Positions 13,510 through 24,987 of a stretch of DNA of 64,000 nt are shown piece by piece (position 1 is the first letter of the stretch; each line of letters opens with the position of its first letter). The notes beneath the pieces are model-generated. The model was given only the letters and a program-made list of their open reading frames with translations, was not told the DNA's origin and made no database searches. The DNA lies in assembly GCA_965242855.1 (NCBI GenBank), contig OZ251509.1, positions 2,753,533-2,817,532 on the forward strand, read 5' to 3'. Origin of the DNA: Alphaproteobacteria bacterium (GTDB taxonomy: Bacteria; Pseudomonadota; Alphaproteobacteria; UBA828). A program made the translations under genes and the position numbers.

Positions 13510-14823
13510 TCAGGCGATGGGCTCCATCGCGGCGTTCGCCGGGATCGCCGGCGCCGTCGCGTTGGAGGTGATGGCGAGATCGTAGGCGAAGGGACCGTCC
13601 GGCGTGCGTCGCCACTGGCCGCCGACCAGCGGCATCTTGGCCACGTTCTTCACCGGCCCGGCACCCCAGGAAACGGGGCCGGCGACCGTCGCGAGATCGG
13701 TCGCGACGACCGCGGCCAGCACGGATTCCGGGTCGCCCACGTCGTCGGCCCGCGCCACCGCGTCGAGGGCCACCTCGAGCAGCGAATGGCCGTAGCCCAC
13801 GGGCTGGCTCCACTGCTTGCCGGTCGCTTCGGTGAAGGCGGCGGCGAGCGCGGCGCAGCTCTGGCCGGTGATGCTCGAGGCGAAGGGGTGCCACGGGCTC
13901 CACCAGACCTCCGAGCTCAGATTGTGCCCGGCCTCGCCCAGCGCCTCCACCGAGGCCGGGAAGAGCAGCGCCTTGCCCACCGTCGCCGCGCGCGGGCGGA
14001 AGCCCTGCTGGGCGGACTGAGTCCAGAAGGTCGTGAAGTCCGGCGGCAGGACCACCCCGGTGACGATCTCGACGCCGTTGTCCTTGAACTCGGAAATCTG
14101 CGCCGAGAAATCGTCCGACAGGTTCTGGTAGCGGCCGGGATCGATCAGGGCGTAGCCGGCGGCGGCGAGCGGTTTGGGGAAGCCGAGCGCGGGATCGCCC
14201 CAGGCGTTGCCGTCGCCGTCGTTCGGGAACAGTCCGCCGACCGTCTTGTTCGTCTCCACCTTGCTCCAGAGGTCGAGGAAGACGGCGACCACGTCCTCGA
14301 GGCCCCAGAAATAGTGATAGGTCCAGCGGAAGCCGGCGGCCGGGTCGCCCCCGCGCCCGAAGAAGTAGGGCTGCCAGGGGCACAGGGTGGTGATGCAGGG
14401 GACTTCGTTGATCTCGGCCTGGTCGGCGACCGGGTTGGTGGTCTCCGGCGTGTTGGCCGCGCACAGCAGGTGGACCTCGTCCGAGAGGATCAGCGCGCTC
14501 GCGACCTCGGCGGCGCGGTTCGGGTTCGACTGGCTGTCCTTGACGACGATCTCCACGTCGCGGCTCCTGCCGCCGGAGCGGACCTTGCCGCCGATCGCCT
14601 CGAGGACGGAGGCGACGTTGAACTCGTCGGCCTCGGCGAAGGGAGCCAGCGGCCCGGTCCTGGGGCTGACATAGCCGATCCTCACCGTGTCCGCCGCCCG
14701 CGCGATCGCGGGGAAGCCCGCGGCCACGGCGGCGGTGCCTGCGGCGCCGGCGATACCGGCGGTCCGCAAAACCTGGCGGCGGGTGTGGCCGGCGCGCCCC
14801 GGCTCGTGGCTCCTGCGTGTCAT
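13510..14823 (-). CDS. Tat-exported ABC transporter substrate-binding protein (LivK/type-1 periplasmic fold)
   Basis: TRRQVL twin-arginine signal, RIGYVSPRTGPLA, KDSQSNPNRA; start ATG 14823 with GGAGG RBS. Confidence 0.9.
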   Translation of the reverse strand: MTRRSHEPGRAGHTRRQVLRTAGIAGAAGTAAVAAGFPAIARAADTVRIGYVSPRTGPLAPFAEADEFNVASVLEAIGGKVRSGGRSRDVEIVVKDSQSNPNRAAEVASALILSDEVHLLCAANTPETTNPVADQAEINEVPCITTLCPWQPYFFGRGGDPAAGFRWTYHYFWGLEDVVAVFLDLWSKVETNKTVGGLFPNDGDGNAWGDPALGFPKPLAAAGYALIDPGRYQNLSDDFSAQISEFKDNGVEIVTGVVLPPDFTTFWTQSAQQGFRPRAATVGKALLFPASVEALGEAGHNLSSEVWWSPWHPFASSITGQSCAALAAAFTEATGKQWSQPVGYGHSLLEVALDAVARADDVGDPESVLAAVVATDLATVAGPVSWGAGPVKNVAKMPLVGGQWRRTPDGPFAYDLAITSNATAPAIPANAAMEPIA

Positions 14824-14900
14824 GGCCCGCCTCCTCCCCTTCAAGATGACTTCAGGATGACGCCTGCCCCACGATAGCAGACCCCGCCCGCCCGCGCGAC

Positions 14901-14947
14901 GCGATGCGACATCGGCGCGATGCGACATCGGGCGCGATGCAACATCG
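14901..14947. repeat. Three tandem copies of a 13-bp interrupted palindrome CGATG-C(G/A)A-CATCG
   Basis: Copies at 14902-14914, 14918-14930 and 14935-14947 in the divergent SBP/purE intergenic region. Confidence 0.85.
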
Positions 14948-15043
14948 AGAGCGGAGGCGACGGGGCGGGAGGTGCGGCCGGGCGGCGGCGGCACTATGCT
15001 GCGCCGGCGGCCCCGCGCCGCGCAGCGAAGAGCGGGAGACGAC

Positions 15044-15535
15044 ATGGCCCAGGCGCGCGTCGCCGTCGGGATCGTCATGGGAAGCCAGTCCGACTGGGAG
15101 ACCATGCGCCATGCCGCCGAGACCCTGGACGCCCTCGGCGTCGCCCACGAGAGTCGCATCGTCTCCGCCCATCGCACGCCCAAACGTCTCTACGCCTATG
15201 CCGAAGCGGCCCGCGGGCGCGGGCTCCGGGCGATCGTCGCCGGCGCCGGCGGGGCCGCGCACCTGCCCGGCATGGTCGCCGCGATGACGCCGCTTCCCGT
15301 GCTCGGCGTGCCCGTGGAAAGCAGGAGCCTGAGCGGGCTGGACAGTCTGCTTTCCATCGTCCAGATGCCCGCCGGCGTGCCCGTCGGCGCCCTTGCCATC
15401 GGCCGCGCCGGCGCCGTCAACGCGGCGCTGCTCGCCGCGGCGATCGTCGCCCTCGCGGACGACCGGGTGGCCGGGGCGCTCGACGAGTGGCGCGCCCGAC
15501 AGACCGCCGCCGTCGCCGAAACGCCGGCGCCGTGA
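15044..15535 (+). CDS. purE: N5-carboxyaminoimidazole ribonucleotide mutase
   Basis: [36 protein letters not shown]. Confidence 0.97.
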   Translation: MAQARVAVGIVMGSQSDWETMRHAAETLDALGVAHESRIVSAHRTPKRLYAYAEAARGRGLRAIVAGAGGAAHLPGMVAAMTPLPVLGVPVESRSLSGLDSLLSIVQMPAGVPVGALAIGRAGAVNAALLAAAIVALADDRVAGALDEWRARQTAAVAETPAP

Positions 15536-16632
15536 TCGCGCCCGGTGCGACCGTCGGCATCCTGGGCGGCGGCCAGCTCGGCCGAATGCTGGCGCTCGCG
15601 GCCGCCGCCCTGGGCTATCGCTGCCACGTCTTCGCGCCCGAGGGCGGCGGCCCCGCGGCGCAGGTCGCGGCGGCGGAAACCGTGGCGGCCTACGACGACG
15701 GGTCGGCCCTCGACGCCTTCGCCGCCGCGGTCGACGTGGTGACGGTCGAGTTCGAGAACGTCCCGGCGGCGGCGCTCGCGCGGCTCGCGGAGCGCGTTCC
15801 CGTCAGGCCGGGCGCCGGGTCGCTCCGCATCTGCCAGGACCGGATCGCCGAGAAGGATTTCGTCCGCGGCCTCGGCCTCGAAACGACGGCCTACGCCGCG
15901 TTGAACGAGGCCGCCGACGCGGAGGCCGCCGACCGGGCGATCGGCCGGCCGGCCGTGCTCAAGACCCGGACCATGGGCTACGACGGCAAGGGCCAGGCCG
16001 CGCTCGCGGCGGGCCAGGGCCTGCCGGGCGCCTGGGACGGGCTCGGGCGGCGCCCGGCGATCCTCGAGGCGCGGGTCGCGATCGAGCGCGAGATATCGGT
16101 CGTCGTCGCCCGTTCGCCGAAGGGCGCCGTGGCTTGCTTCGATCCGGTCGAGAACCGCCACGTCGGCGGCATCCTCGACGTCACGCTGGCGCCGGCCGGA
16201 ATCGCGCCGGAGGTCGCGGCGGCGGCGCGGGAGAACACGGCGCGCATCGCCGAAGGGCTCGACCACGTCGGCGTGCTCTGCGTGGAGCTGTTCGTGGCCC
16301 GCGGCGGGCGTCTCCTCGTCAACGAGATCGCGCCGCGGGTTCACAATTCCGGCCACTGGACGATCGAAGGCTGCGAAACCAGCCAGTTCGCCCAGCACGT
16401 TCGCGCCGTTTGCGGCCTGCCGTTGGGCTCCGCCGCGCGGCGCGGCGGCGCCGTCATGAAGAACCTGATCGGCCGGGACGTCGAATGCTGGCCGGCGCTG
16501 GCGGCGGACCCTTCCGCCCACCTTCATCTCTACGGCAAGGCGGAGACCCGCCCCGGTCGCAAGATGGGGCACGTCACCTGGTTGTCTCCGGCGTCCGCCG
16601 CGCCGGAACCGCCGGGCTGGCCGCCCGGATGA
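15532..16632 (+). CDS. purK: N5-carboxyaminoimidazole ribonucleotide synthase
   Basis: [41 protein letters not shown]; GTGA overlap with purE. Confidence 0.96.
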   Translation: MIAPGATVGILGGGQLGRMLALAAAALGYRCHVFAPEGGGPAAQVAAAETVAAYDDGSALDAFAAAVDVVTVEFENVPAAALARLAERVPVRPGAGSLRICQDRIAEKDFVRGLGLETTAYAALNEAADAEAADRAIGRPAVLKTRTMGYDGKGQAALAAGQGLPGAWDGLGRRPAILEARVAIEREISVVVARSPKGAVACFDPVENRHVGGILDVTLAPAGIAPEVAAAARENTARIAEGLDHVGVLCVELFVARGGRLLVNEIAPRVHNSGHWTIEGCETSQFAQHVRAVCGLPLGSAARRGGAVMKNLIGRDVECWPALAADPSAHLHLYGKAETRPGRKMGHVTWLSPASAAPEPPGWPPG

Positions 16633-16714
16633 CGCGCCGCCCCGCGGACGCCCGCGGGCGCTTGCGGCCCGCGTCCTTCGCTTGGTAAACAGCGCCGCCC
16701 GACCCGGGCTCCCG

Positions 16715-17443
16715 ATGCCGGAGCGAACCGTGAAGAGACGCGTCGTCCTCGTCACCCATTCCGAGCGCGCGGAGCCCGGCAAGGTGCGCGAGGCGCTGGC
16801 GGCCCGCGGCTGCGCGACGGAGGTCCGCTGCACCTTCGCGGGCGACGCGCTGCCGCCGCTCGCCGGCGGTCGCCCGCGGGGCTACGACGCGGCGGTGGTG
16901 TTCGGCGGGCCGATGAGCGCCTGCGACCTCGCGAACCATCCGTTCCTGGAACCGGAGACGGCCTGGGTCGGCGGCCAGGTGGAGGCGGACGCGCCGGTTC
17001 TCGGCATCTGCCTCGGCGCCCAGATCATGGCGCGCGCGCTCGGAGCCTCCATCTTTCGCCATCCCGACGGCAAGTGCGAGGTCGGCTACCAGCCGATCCG
17101 GCCGGCCAGACCCGGTTGCCCGCTGTTCCCATCTCCCATCCACGCCTATCAATGGCACCGCGAAGGCTTCGAGGTGCCGCGCGGAGCGACGCTGCTGGCC
17201 ACCGGCGCCCTGTTCGACAACCAGGCCTTCCGCTGCGGCCGGCGCGCCTTCGGGATCCAGTTCCACCCCGAGATGGTGCCGGCGACCCTCGAACGCTGGG
17301 TGACGAGCGAAAAGGCGCAGGCCGATCTGGCCCGCCCCGAAGTCCCCTCCCCCGCCACCCAACGCGCCGACGCCGCCCGCTACGACCCGGCGGTGCATCG
17401 CTGGCTCGACGGCTTCCTCGACCGGTGGCTGGAACGGTTCTAG
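16715..17443 (+). CDS. Stand-alone class I glutamine amidotransferase
   Basis: FGGPMS, GICLGAQ nucleophile elbow, QWH, QFHPE catalytic His/Glu. Confidence 0.88.
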   Translation: MPERTVKRRVVLVTHSERAEPGKVREALAARGCATEVRCTFAGDALPPLAGGRPRGYDAAVVFGGPMSACDLANHPFLEPETAWVGGQVEADAPVLGICLGAQIMARALGASIFRHPDGKCEVGYQPIRPARPGCPLFPSPIHAYQWHREGFEVPRGATLLATGALFDNQAFRCGRRAFGIQFHPEMVPATLERWVTSEKAQADLARPEVPSPATQRADAARYDPAVHRWLDGFLDRWLERF

Positions 17444-17633
17444 GAGCCCGTCCGGGCGGACGGGGTTCGCCCTCGCCCGTGCGGGGAACGTGGAATGCCG
17501 ACGGCTGCCGTTCCGGACCGCGGGCGGGGGCGAGGGGGCGGTTCTCGCCCCGGAAGGGGAGGAGGTTCGCGCCAGCCCCGGTCGTGCCGACGGCAGCGGA
17601 CCGCACGGGGCGGGCGAAGCGGCCCGAAGCGCG

Positions 17634-18596
17634 ATGTCGGAAGCCGGATCGGCCCGCCGCGGCCCTTCCCTTCTCCTGATCGGCGGGCCGACGGCGAGTG
17701 GGAAATCGGCGCTCGCGGCCGATGTCGCGGAGCGGTTCGGCGGGGTCGTCGTCAACGCGGACAGCCTGCAGGTCTATCGCGACCTGCCGATCCTGACCGC
17801 GTGGCCCGACGCCGACTTGCGCGCGCGCGCGCCGCACAGGCTCTACGGCGTGCTCGACGGGGCGCTGCGCTGCTCGGCAGGCCGCTGGCGCGCCATGGCC
17901 CTGGCGGAGATCGAACGCATCCGGAGCGCCGGCGCCTTGCCGATCCTGGTGGGCGGGACGGGGCTTTACTTCCGGGCGCTCCTCCAGGGGCTCGCGCCGG
18001 TGCCGGCGGTGCCGGCGGCGGTGCGCGCGGCGGTCGCCGCGCTCCGGGCGCGGGAGGGAACGGCCGCCCTGCACGCCCGCCTGGCCGCGCGCGACCCCGA
18101 AACGGCGCGGCGGCTCGCACCCGCCGACACGCAGCGCGTCGCGCGCGCCTACGAGGTGCTCGAGGCGACCGGCCGGCCGCTGGCCGCATGGCAGTCCGAA
18201 CGGCACGAAGGCTATGCCGGTCGCGCCGCCGCGGTGGTCCTGGATCCGCCCCGCCCCGCGCTCTACGAATCCTGCGACGCGCGCTTCGATCGCATGCTGG
18301 CGGCGGGCGCGCTCGACGAGGCGGCCCGCCTCCTCCGCCGCGGCCTGGACCCGAGCCTTCCCGTCATGAAGGCGGTCGGCGTGCCGGCGCTCCGCGACCA
18401 TCTGGCGGGGGCCGTCCCGCTCGAACGGGCGGTCGCGCTCGGCCGCCGGGCGACGCGCCGCTACGCCAAGCGGCAGACCACTTGGTTCCGCCACCAGATG
18501 GCCGAAGGCGCCCGGCTGCCGTGTCTTTACCGACCGGAAGCGAAACGACAATCGCTCGCTCTCGTGGAGCGCCTGCTGTTGACCGGCCGCGACTGA
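17634..18596 (+). CDS. miaA: tRNA dimethylallyltransferase
   Basis: GPTASGKS, NADSLQVY, VGGTGLY, TRRYAKRQTTWFR. Confidence 0.96.
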   Translation: MSEAGSARRGPSLLLIGGPTASGKSALAADVAERFGGVVVNADSLQVYRDLPILTAWPDADLRARAPHRLYGVLDGALRCSAGRWRAMALAEIERIRSAGALPILVGGTGLYFRALLQGLAPVPAVPAAVRAAVAALRAREGTAALHARLAARDPETARRLAPADTQRVARAYEVLEATGRPLAAWQSERHEGYAGRAAAVVLDPPRPALYESCDARFDRMLAAGALDEAARLLRRGLDPSLPVMKAVGVPALRDHLAGAVPLERAVALGRRATRRYAKRQTTWFRHQMAEGARLPCLYRPEAKRQSLALVERLLLTGRD

Positions 18597-18646
18597 AGGA
18601 CTATCGTCCGCCCGCCGCCGATACGCGGCGGGGCCGCGCGCCGATC

Positions 18647-18712
18647 GTGGGAAGATCATCGCGGCGTGAGCCGTGGGGAGATCATCGCGGCGCGAGCCGC
18701 GGGGAGATCATC
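18647..18712 (+). repeat. 26-bp tandem repeat (about 2.5 copies) containing the ilvB ribosome-binding site
   Basis: GTGGGAAGATCATCGCGGCGTGAGCC / GTGGGGAGATCATCGCGGCGCGAGCC / GCGGGGAGATCATC, then the GTG start. Confidence 0.9.
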
Positions 18713-20506
18713 GTGACATCGAGTGTCGAGGAGCGCGCCCGCGTCGAGCTCGCCGGAGCCGAACTGGTCGTCCGCACGCTCGTCGACCTCGGCGTCGACG
18801 TCGTGTTCGGCTATCCCGGCGGCGCGACGCTGCCGATCTACGACGCGATCTTCCGACAGAACGAACTGCGCCACGTCCTCGTGCGGCACGAGCAGGGCGC
18901 CGTGCACGCGGCGGAGGGCTATGCCCGCTCCACGGGAAAGGTCGGCACCGTGCTCGTCACCTCGGGGCCGGGCGCCACCAACAGCGTCACCGGCCTGACC
19001 GACGCCCTCATGGACAGCGTGCCGATCGTCTGCCTGACCGGCCAGGTGCCGACGCACATGATCGGCAACGACGCCTTCCAGGAAGCGGATACGGTGGGCA
19101 TCACCCGTCCCTGCACCAAACACAACTACTTGGTGAAGGATGCGGGCGACCTTTGCCGCGTGCTGCGCGAGGCCTATTACATCGCGGGCGCCGGCCGCCC
19201 CGGCCCGGTGGTGGTGGACCTGCCGAAGGACGTCGTCATGGCCAAGGCGCCCTACACCGACGGCGCGGCGCCGGACGACGGCCCGGCCCACCGCTCCTAC
19301 CGGCCCCGGCGCAGCCCCGACCCGGACGCGATCGCGCGCGCCGTCGCGCTGCTGGCGGAGGCCAGGCGCCCGCTCTTCTACGCCGGCGGCGGCGTGATCA
19401 ACGCCGGCCCGGACGCGGCGGCGAGTCTCGCGGCGCTGGTGCGGCTCACCGGCTACCCGGTCACCAACACGCTGATGGGCCTCGGCTGCTATCCGGGGAA
19501 CGACGACCGGTTCCTCGGCATGGTGGGGATGCACGGCACCTTCGAGGCCAACATGGCGATGGCCGAGTGCGACCTGATGATCGCGGTCGGCGCGCGCTTC
19601 GACGACCGGGTGACCGGCCGGCTTGCGGATTTCTCGCGCGGCTCGACCAAGATCCAGATCGACATCGACCCCTCCTCGATCAACAAGAACGTGCCGGTCG
19701 ACCTTGCCGTCGTGGGCGACGCCGGTTGCGCGCTCGACGCCATCCTCTCCGGCTGGAAGGCGCGCGGCGCGGCGCCGGACGCGGCGGCGCTCGCGGCGTG
19801 GTGGCGACGGATCGACGAATGGCGCAAGCGCGACTGCCTGCGCTACGCGCGGTCCGCCGGCGTCATCAAGCCGCAATACGCCCTCGAACGACTCCAGGAG
19901 GCGACCAGGGGGCGGGACGTCTACTTCACCACCGAGGTGGGGCAACACCAGATGTGGGCGGCCCAGTTCCTCAAGTTTGACGCGCCCAACCGGTGGATGA
20001 CGTCGGGCGGCCTCGGCACCATGGGCTACGGCTTCCCGGCGGCGATGGGCGTGCAGATCGCCCATCCCGATGCGCTGGTCATCGACATCGCCGGCGAAGC
20101 CTCGCTCCTGATGGTGATCCAGGAGCTCTCGACGATGATCCAGTACCGGCTGCCGGTGAAGACTTTCCTGCTGAACAACGAATACATGGGCATGGTGCGC
20201 CAGTGGCAGGAGTTCTTCCACGGCGGCCGCTATGCCGAGAGCTACATGGATTCCCTGCCCGATTTCGTGAAGCTGGCGGAGTCCTTCGGGGCGACCGGCC
20301 TCGCGGCGCGCCGGCCCGAGGAGGTGGACGGGGTCATCGAGGCGATGATCGAAACGCCCGGCCCGGTGATCGCCGACATCCTCGTGGACAAGGAAGAGAA
20401 CGTCTATCCGATGATCCCGGCCGGCGCCGCCCACTACGAGATGAAGCTGGGGCCCGAGCACGGCGATCTCGAGGAGCGCTCGGAAGACGGCATGGTGCTC
20501 GTCTAG
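18713..20506 (+). CDS. ilvB: Acetolactate synthase large subunit
   Basis: FGYPGGA, VRHEQGA, TSGPGATN, GMHG, ARFDDRVTG, GQHQMW, SGGLGTMG, MVRQWQ. Confidence 0.96.
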   Translation: MTSSVEERARVELAGAELVVRTLVDLGVDVVFGYPGGATLPIYDAIFRQNELRHVLVRHEQGAVHAAEGYARSTGKVGTVLVTSGPGATNSVTGLTDALMDSVPIVCLTGQVPTHMIGNDAFQEADTVGITRPCTKHNYLVKDAGDLCRVLREAYYIAGAGRPGPVVVDLPKDVVMAKAPYTDGAAPDDGPAHRSYRPRRSPDPDAIARAVALLAEARRPLFYAGGGVINAGPDAAASLAALVRLTGYPVTNTLMGLGCYPGNDDRFLGMVGMHGTFEANMAMAECDLMIAVGARFDDRVTGRLADFSRGSTKIQIDIDPSSINKNVPVDLAVVGDAGCALDAILSGWKARGAAPDAAALAAWWRRIDEWRKRDCLRYARSAGVIKPQYALERLQEATRGRDVYFTTEVGQHQMWAAQFLKFDAPNRWMTSGGLGTMGYGFPAAMGVQIAHPDALVIDIAGEASLLMVIQELSTMIQYRLPVKTFLLNNEYMGMVRQWQEFFHGGRYAESYMDSLPDFVKLAESFGATGLAARRPEEVDGVIEAMIETPGPVIADILVDKEENVYPMIPAGAAHYEMKLGPEHGDLEERSEDGMVLV

Positions 20507-20554
20507 CGCGGCCCGCCGCCCCGCGCCGCCGGACGAAAAGCCGAAGGAACCGCC

Positions 20555-22124
<1,570 letters not shown>

Positions 22125-22170
22125 GCCGCCGCCGTTCGGCAGGGCTTGGCGCGGGCGAGGGACTCTCTCC

Positions 22171-22680
22171 CTACCCGCGCATGTTTCCGAAAGTCAGAAG
22201 CCCGGCCAGGAAGGTATCGGCCTGCACGGTTTTGCGGATGCGGCGCCAATCCGAGAAGGCTCGTTCCGCCCTGACGACCGAAGAAAGGGCGTCCAGACGC
22301 ACGAACCGGCGCGCGGTGTCGTAATCAGCATCGTGCCGGGCTTCCTGGAGAACAAGAAAACTCCCGGCGACCCGGACGATCTCATCCTGGAGAGGCAGAC
22401 CGTTCAGTCCGGGAACGAGCTTCGTCGAAACCTTGTCATTGGCGAATTGCCGAGCGACGTCTTTCATGGTCGCATGGGCGAACGCCCGCGCCACGCGGCC
22501 GCGCAGCGGCGCCCGGGCGTTCCCGGAGAACATGCGCGCCGTCGCTTCGCTGACCAGCAGGTGATATAGTGCGTAATACGATGCCGAGATGGCCCTGCGC
22601 AGGCTCGCCTGTTTCGGCCGCCGCGGCTCGGCGCGGGAGAGGTGACGCGCCTGCGCCAGCAAGTCGCCGTGCAGGCTCAC
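22171..22680 (-). CDS. HEPN-domain protein (UPF0332-like)
   Basis: LRRAISASYYALYH and LQEARHDADYD signatures; GTG start overlaps the stop of the upstream 94-aa gene. Confidence 0.75.
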   Translation of the reverse strand: MSLHGDLLAQARHLSRAEPRRPKQASLRRAISASYYALYHLLVSEATARMFSGNARAPLRGRVARAFAHATMKDVARQFANDKVSTKLVPGLNGLPLQDEIVRVAGSFLVLQEARHDADYDTARRFVRLDALSSVVRAERAFSDWRRIRKTVQADTFLAGLLTFGNMRG

Positions 22681-22961
22681 CGCGCTCTTCCGGATTCCGG
22701 GGGCCCGGTGAAGCGAACGTACAACAACGAATCGTCGTCGATCACGCCCCCGACCCGGCTGTACACGATGTCCTGCAGTTCGAGCAGCGCCGGCACTTCC
22801 GCGTCTTCGACCTCCTCGCTTTCGAGCACGATCCAGACCCAGACTGCGGGGTCGTCCGACCAGTCGGGGCCCGCTTCGACGCGCCACGCGCATACCGGCA
22901 CCGGAAGGCCGCCAGCTTGCAATTTCTCCAGTGCCGCTTCGATGTTCGCTATGTTCGCCAT
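22677..22961 (-). CDS. Small acidic hypothetical protein (94 aa), partner of the HEPN gene
   Basis: ATG 22961 with GGAGG RBS; GPDWSDDPAVWVWIVL...YVRF; GTGA coupling to the HEPN gene. Confidence 0.7.
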   Translation of the reverse strand: MANIANIEAALEKLQAGGLPVPVCAWRVEAGPDWSDDPAVWVWIVLESEEVEDAEVPALLELQDIVYSRVGGVIDDDSLLYVRFTGPPESGRAR

Positions 22962-23169
22962 CGTGCCGCCTCCGTCGCACCGCCCGCGCGCCGGGCGTTC
23001 CCCGCCTCCGAACCGCGGCTGCGAAAGGTCCACGACCGGACATAGCCGGGCGGCGCGGGGCGCGCAACGCTGCGTGTATGATCCGCGCCCGCGCTTCGTT
23101 TTTCCGCTGGCCGAGCGGGGCGGGTTGGCCTAAGAGACGGGGCGGGTCAGCGACACGGCGGGCGGCGTC

Positions 23170-24165
23170 TTGCGCATCGTCACGATCTTCGGCGGCACCG
23201 GCTTCCTCGGGCGGCACATCGTCCAGCGCTTGGCGCAGGAGGATTGGAGCATCCGCGTCGCCACCCGGCACCCGGAACGCGCCGGCTTCCTCCGCCCCTG
23301 CGGCGACGTGGGCCGCATCGCGCCGCTCCAGGCCAACGCACGGGACGACGACTCGGTCCGGCGCGCGGTCGAAGGGGCCGATGCGGTGGTCAATCTGTGC
23401 GGCATCCTCCACGAGCGCGGGCGGCAGACCTTCGCCGCCATCCACGCGGCGGCGGCCGGGCGCATCGCGCAGGCCGCGGCGGCGGCCGGCGCCGCGCGCC
23501 TGCTCCACGTCTCGGCGCTCGGCGCCGACGCCGCATCGCCTTCGGCCTACGCGCGCTCCAGGGCGGCGGGCGAGGCGGCGGTGCGCGCGGCGTTTCCGAC
23601 CGCCGCGATCTTCAGGCCGAGCCTCGTGTTCGGACCGGAGGACGGATTCTTCAACCGCCTCGCGTCGCTGCTGCGCCTCGCCCCGGTGCTGCCGCTGTTC
23701 TTCGCCGGCCCGCCCAGGCTGGAGATGGACGGGCTCTTCCCACGCTTCGCCTGCGCCGCCGGGACGACGCGGTTCCAGCCGGTCTTCGTAGGCGACGTGG
23801 CGGAAGCCGCCCATCGCGTCCTGGACGCACGCACGCCGCCCGGCGAGGTGTACGAACTCGGCGGCCCCTCGGTCTACAGCTACGCCGAGCTGACGGCGCT
23901 CGTCCTCGCAGAGACCCGTCGCAAGGCGCTGTTGCTCCCCGTCCCCTTCCTCGCCGCGGCGGCGCTCGCCCAGCTTCTCCGCTTCGCCCCGGACCCGCCG
24001 CTGACCCCCGACCAGGTGACGCTGCTGAAGATCGACAACGTCGTCGCGCCGGGCGCGCGCGGGCTCGCCGATCTCGGCGTCGCCGCCACCGCGGTGGAGC
24101 TCGTCCTGCCGACCTATCTGGACGTCTACCGCCGGGGACGCGCCGATTCCGCACCGGCGGGCTGA
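23170..24165 (+). CDS. Complex I NDUFA9-family NAD(P)-binding protein (atypical SDR)
   Basis: TIFGGTGFLG, GDVG, HVSALGAD, YARS, RPSLVFGPED, FQPVFVGDVA, LTPDQV. Confidence 0.9.
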   Translation: MRIVTIFGGTGFLGRHIVQRLAQEDWSIRVATRHPERAGFLRPCGDVGRIAPLQANARDDDSVRRAVEGADAVVNLCGILHERGRQTFAAIHAAAAGRIAQAAAAAGAARLLHVSALGADAASPSAYARSRAAGEAAVRAAFPTAAIFRPSLVFGPEDGFFNRLASLLRLAPVLPLFFAGPPRLEMDGLFPRFACAAGTTRFQPVFVGDVAEAAHRVLDARTPPGEVYELGGPSVYSYAELTALVLAETRRKALLLPVPFLAAAALAQLLRFAPDPPLTPDQVTLLKIDNVVAPGARGLADLGVAATAVELVLPTYLDVYRRGRADSAPAG

Positions 24166-24174
24166 CGAACCCGC

Positions 24175-24987
24175 TCAGGCCGAATAGAGCCAGCCCAGAA
24201 GGGCGGCGCCGAGCAACACCCGGTAGATCGCGAAGGGCGCGAAACTCGTTCGCCGGAGCAAGGCGAGCAACGCCGCGATGGCCGCCAGCGCGGTCGCGAA
24301 CGACAACGCCGCCGCGAGCGCTGCGTCGGCGACGACGACCGCGTCGCCCCGGCGCGCCAGCTCCCAGCCGGCGGCGAGGGCGGCCGCGGCGATGACGGGG
24401 ATCGACATGAGCATCGAGAAGCGGGCGGCCTCGGCGCGCTCGTAACCCAGGAGGCGGGCGGCCGTCATCGTGATGCCTGACCGGCTCGTGCCCGGAACGA
24501 GGGCGAGCGCCTGGGCGAGGCCGATGACGGCGGCGTCGCGCAGGGACATGTGCTCGACACGGCGCACCGTCATGCCGAAGCGGTCCGCGGCGTAGAGCAC
24601 GACGCCGAAGCCCAGGGTGGTCCAGCCGACGATCGCCGGGTCGCGGAAGACCGCCGGGGCCAGCGCCGCGAGCGCGCCGCCGGCGACGAGGGCGGGGACG
24701 GCCGAAACCGCCAGATGGAGGCCGAGCACGCGGCCCGCACGCCGCTCCTCCCGCCGACCGCGCCGGCCGATGCTGACAGCGCCGGCGAGAACCCGCCCGA
24801 GGTCGCGCCGGAAATAGACCACTACCGCCGCCAGCGTGCCGGCATGGACCGCGACGTCCAGAACCAATCCCTGATCCGCCCAGCCGGCAGCGGCCGGAAT
24901 CAGCACGAGATGCCCGGACGAACTGACCGGCAGAAACTCGGTGATGCCCTGGACGACCGCGATGACGGCGAGATGATGGAACGGCAC
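24175..24987 (-). CDS. uppP: Undecaprenyl-diphosphate phosphatase
   Basis: QGITEFLPVSSSGHL, PGTSRSG, AARFSMLMSIP. Confidence 0.96.
   Translation of the reverse strand: MPFHHLAVIAVVQGITEFLPVSSSGHLVLIPAAAGWADQGLVLDVAVHAGTLAAVVVYFRRDLGRVLAGAVSIGRRGRREERRAGRVLGLHLAVSAVPALVAGGALAALAPAVFRDPAIVGWTTLGFGVVLYAADRFGMTVRRVEHMSLRDAAVIGLAQALALVPGTSRSGITMTAARLLGYERAEAARFSMLMSIPVIAAAALAAGWELARRGDAVVVADAALAAALSFATALAAIAALLALLRRTSFAPFAIYRVLLGAALLGWLYSA

Noticed and set aside
18647-18712. Possible ilv attenuator leader peptide (ATC-ATC Ile codons in each repeat unit)
   Set aside because: No separate short ORF with a plausible start places these Ile codons in frame, and no terminator precedes ilvB.
14901-18712. 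Short repeats at 14901 and 18647 as CRISPR arrays
   Set aside because: The units are adjacent or nearly so, with no unique spacers, and there are no cas genes.
17495-20506. Apparent 1003-aa extended IlvB
   Set aside because: The extension is an off-frame reading of miaA; the RBS supports GTG 18713.
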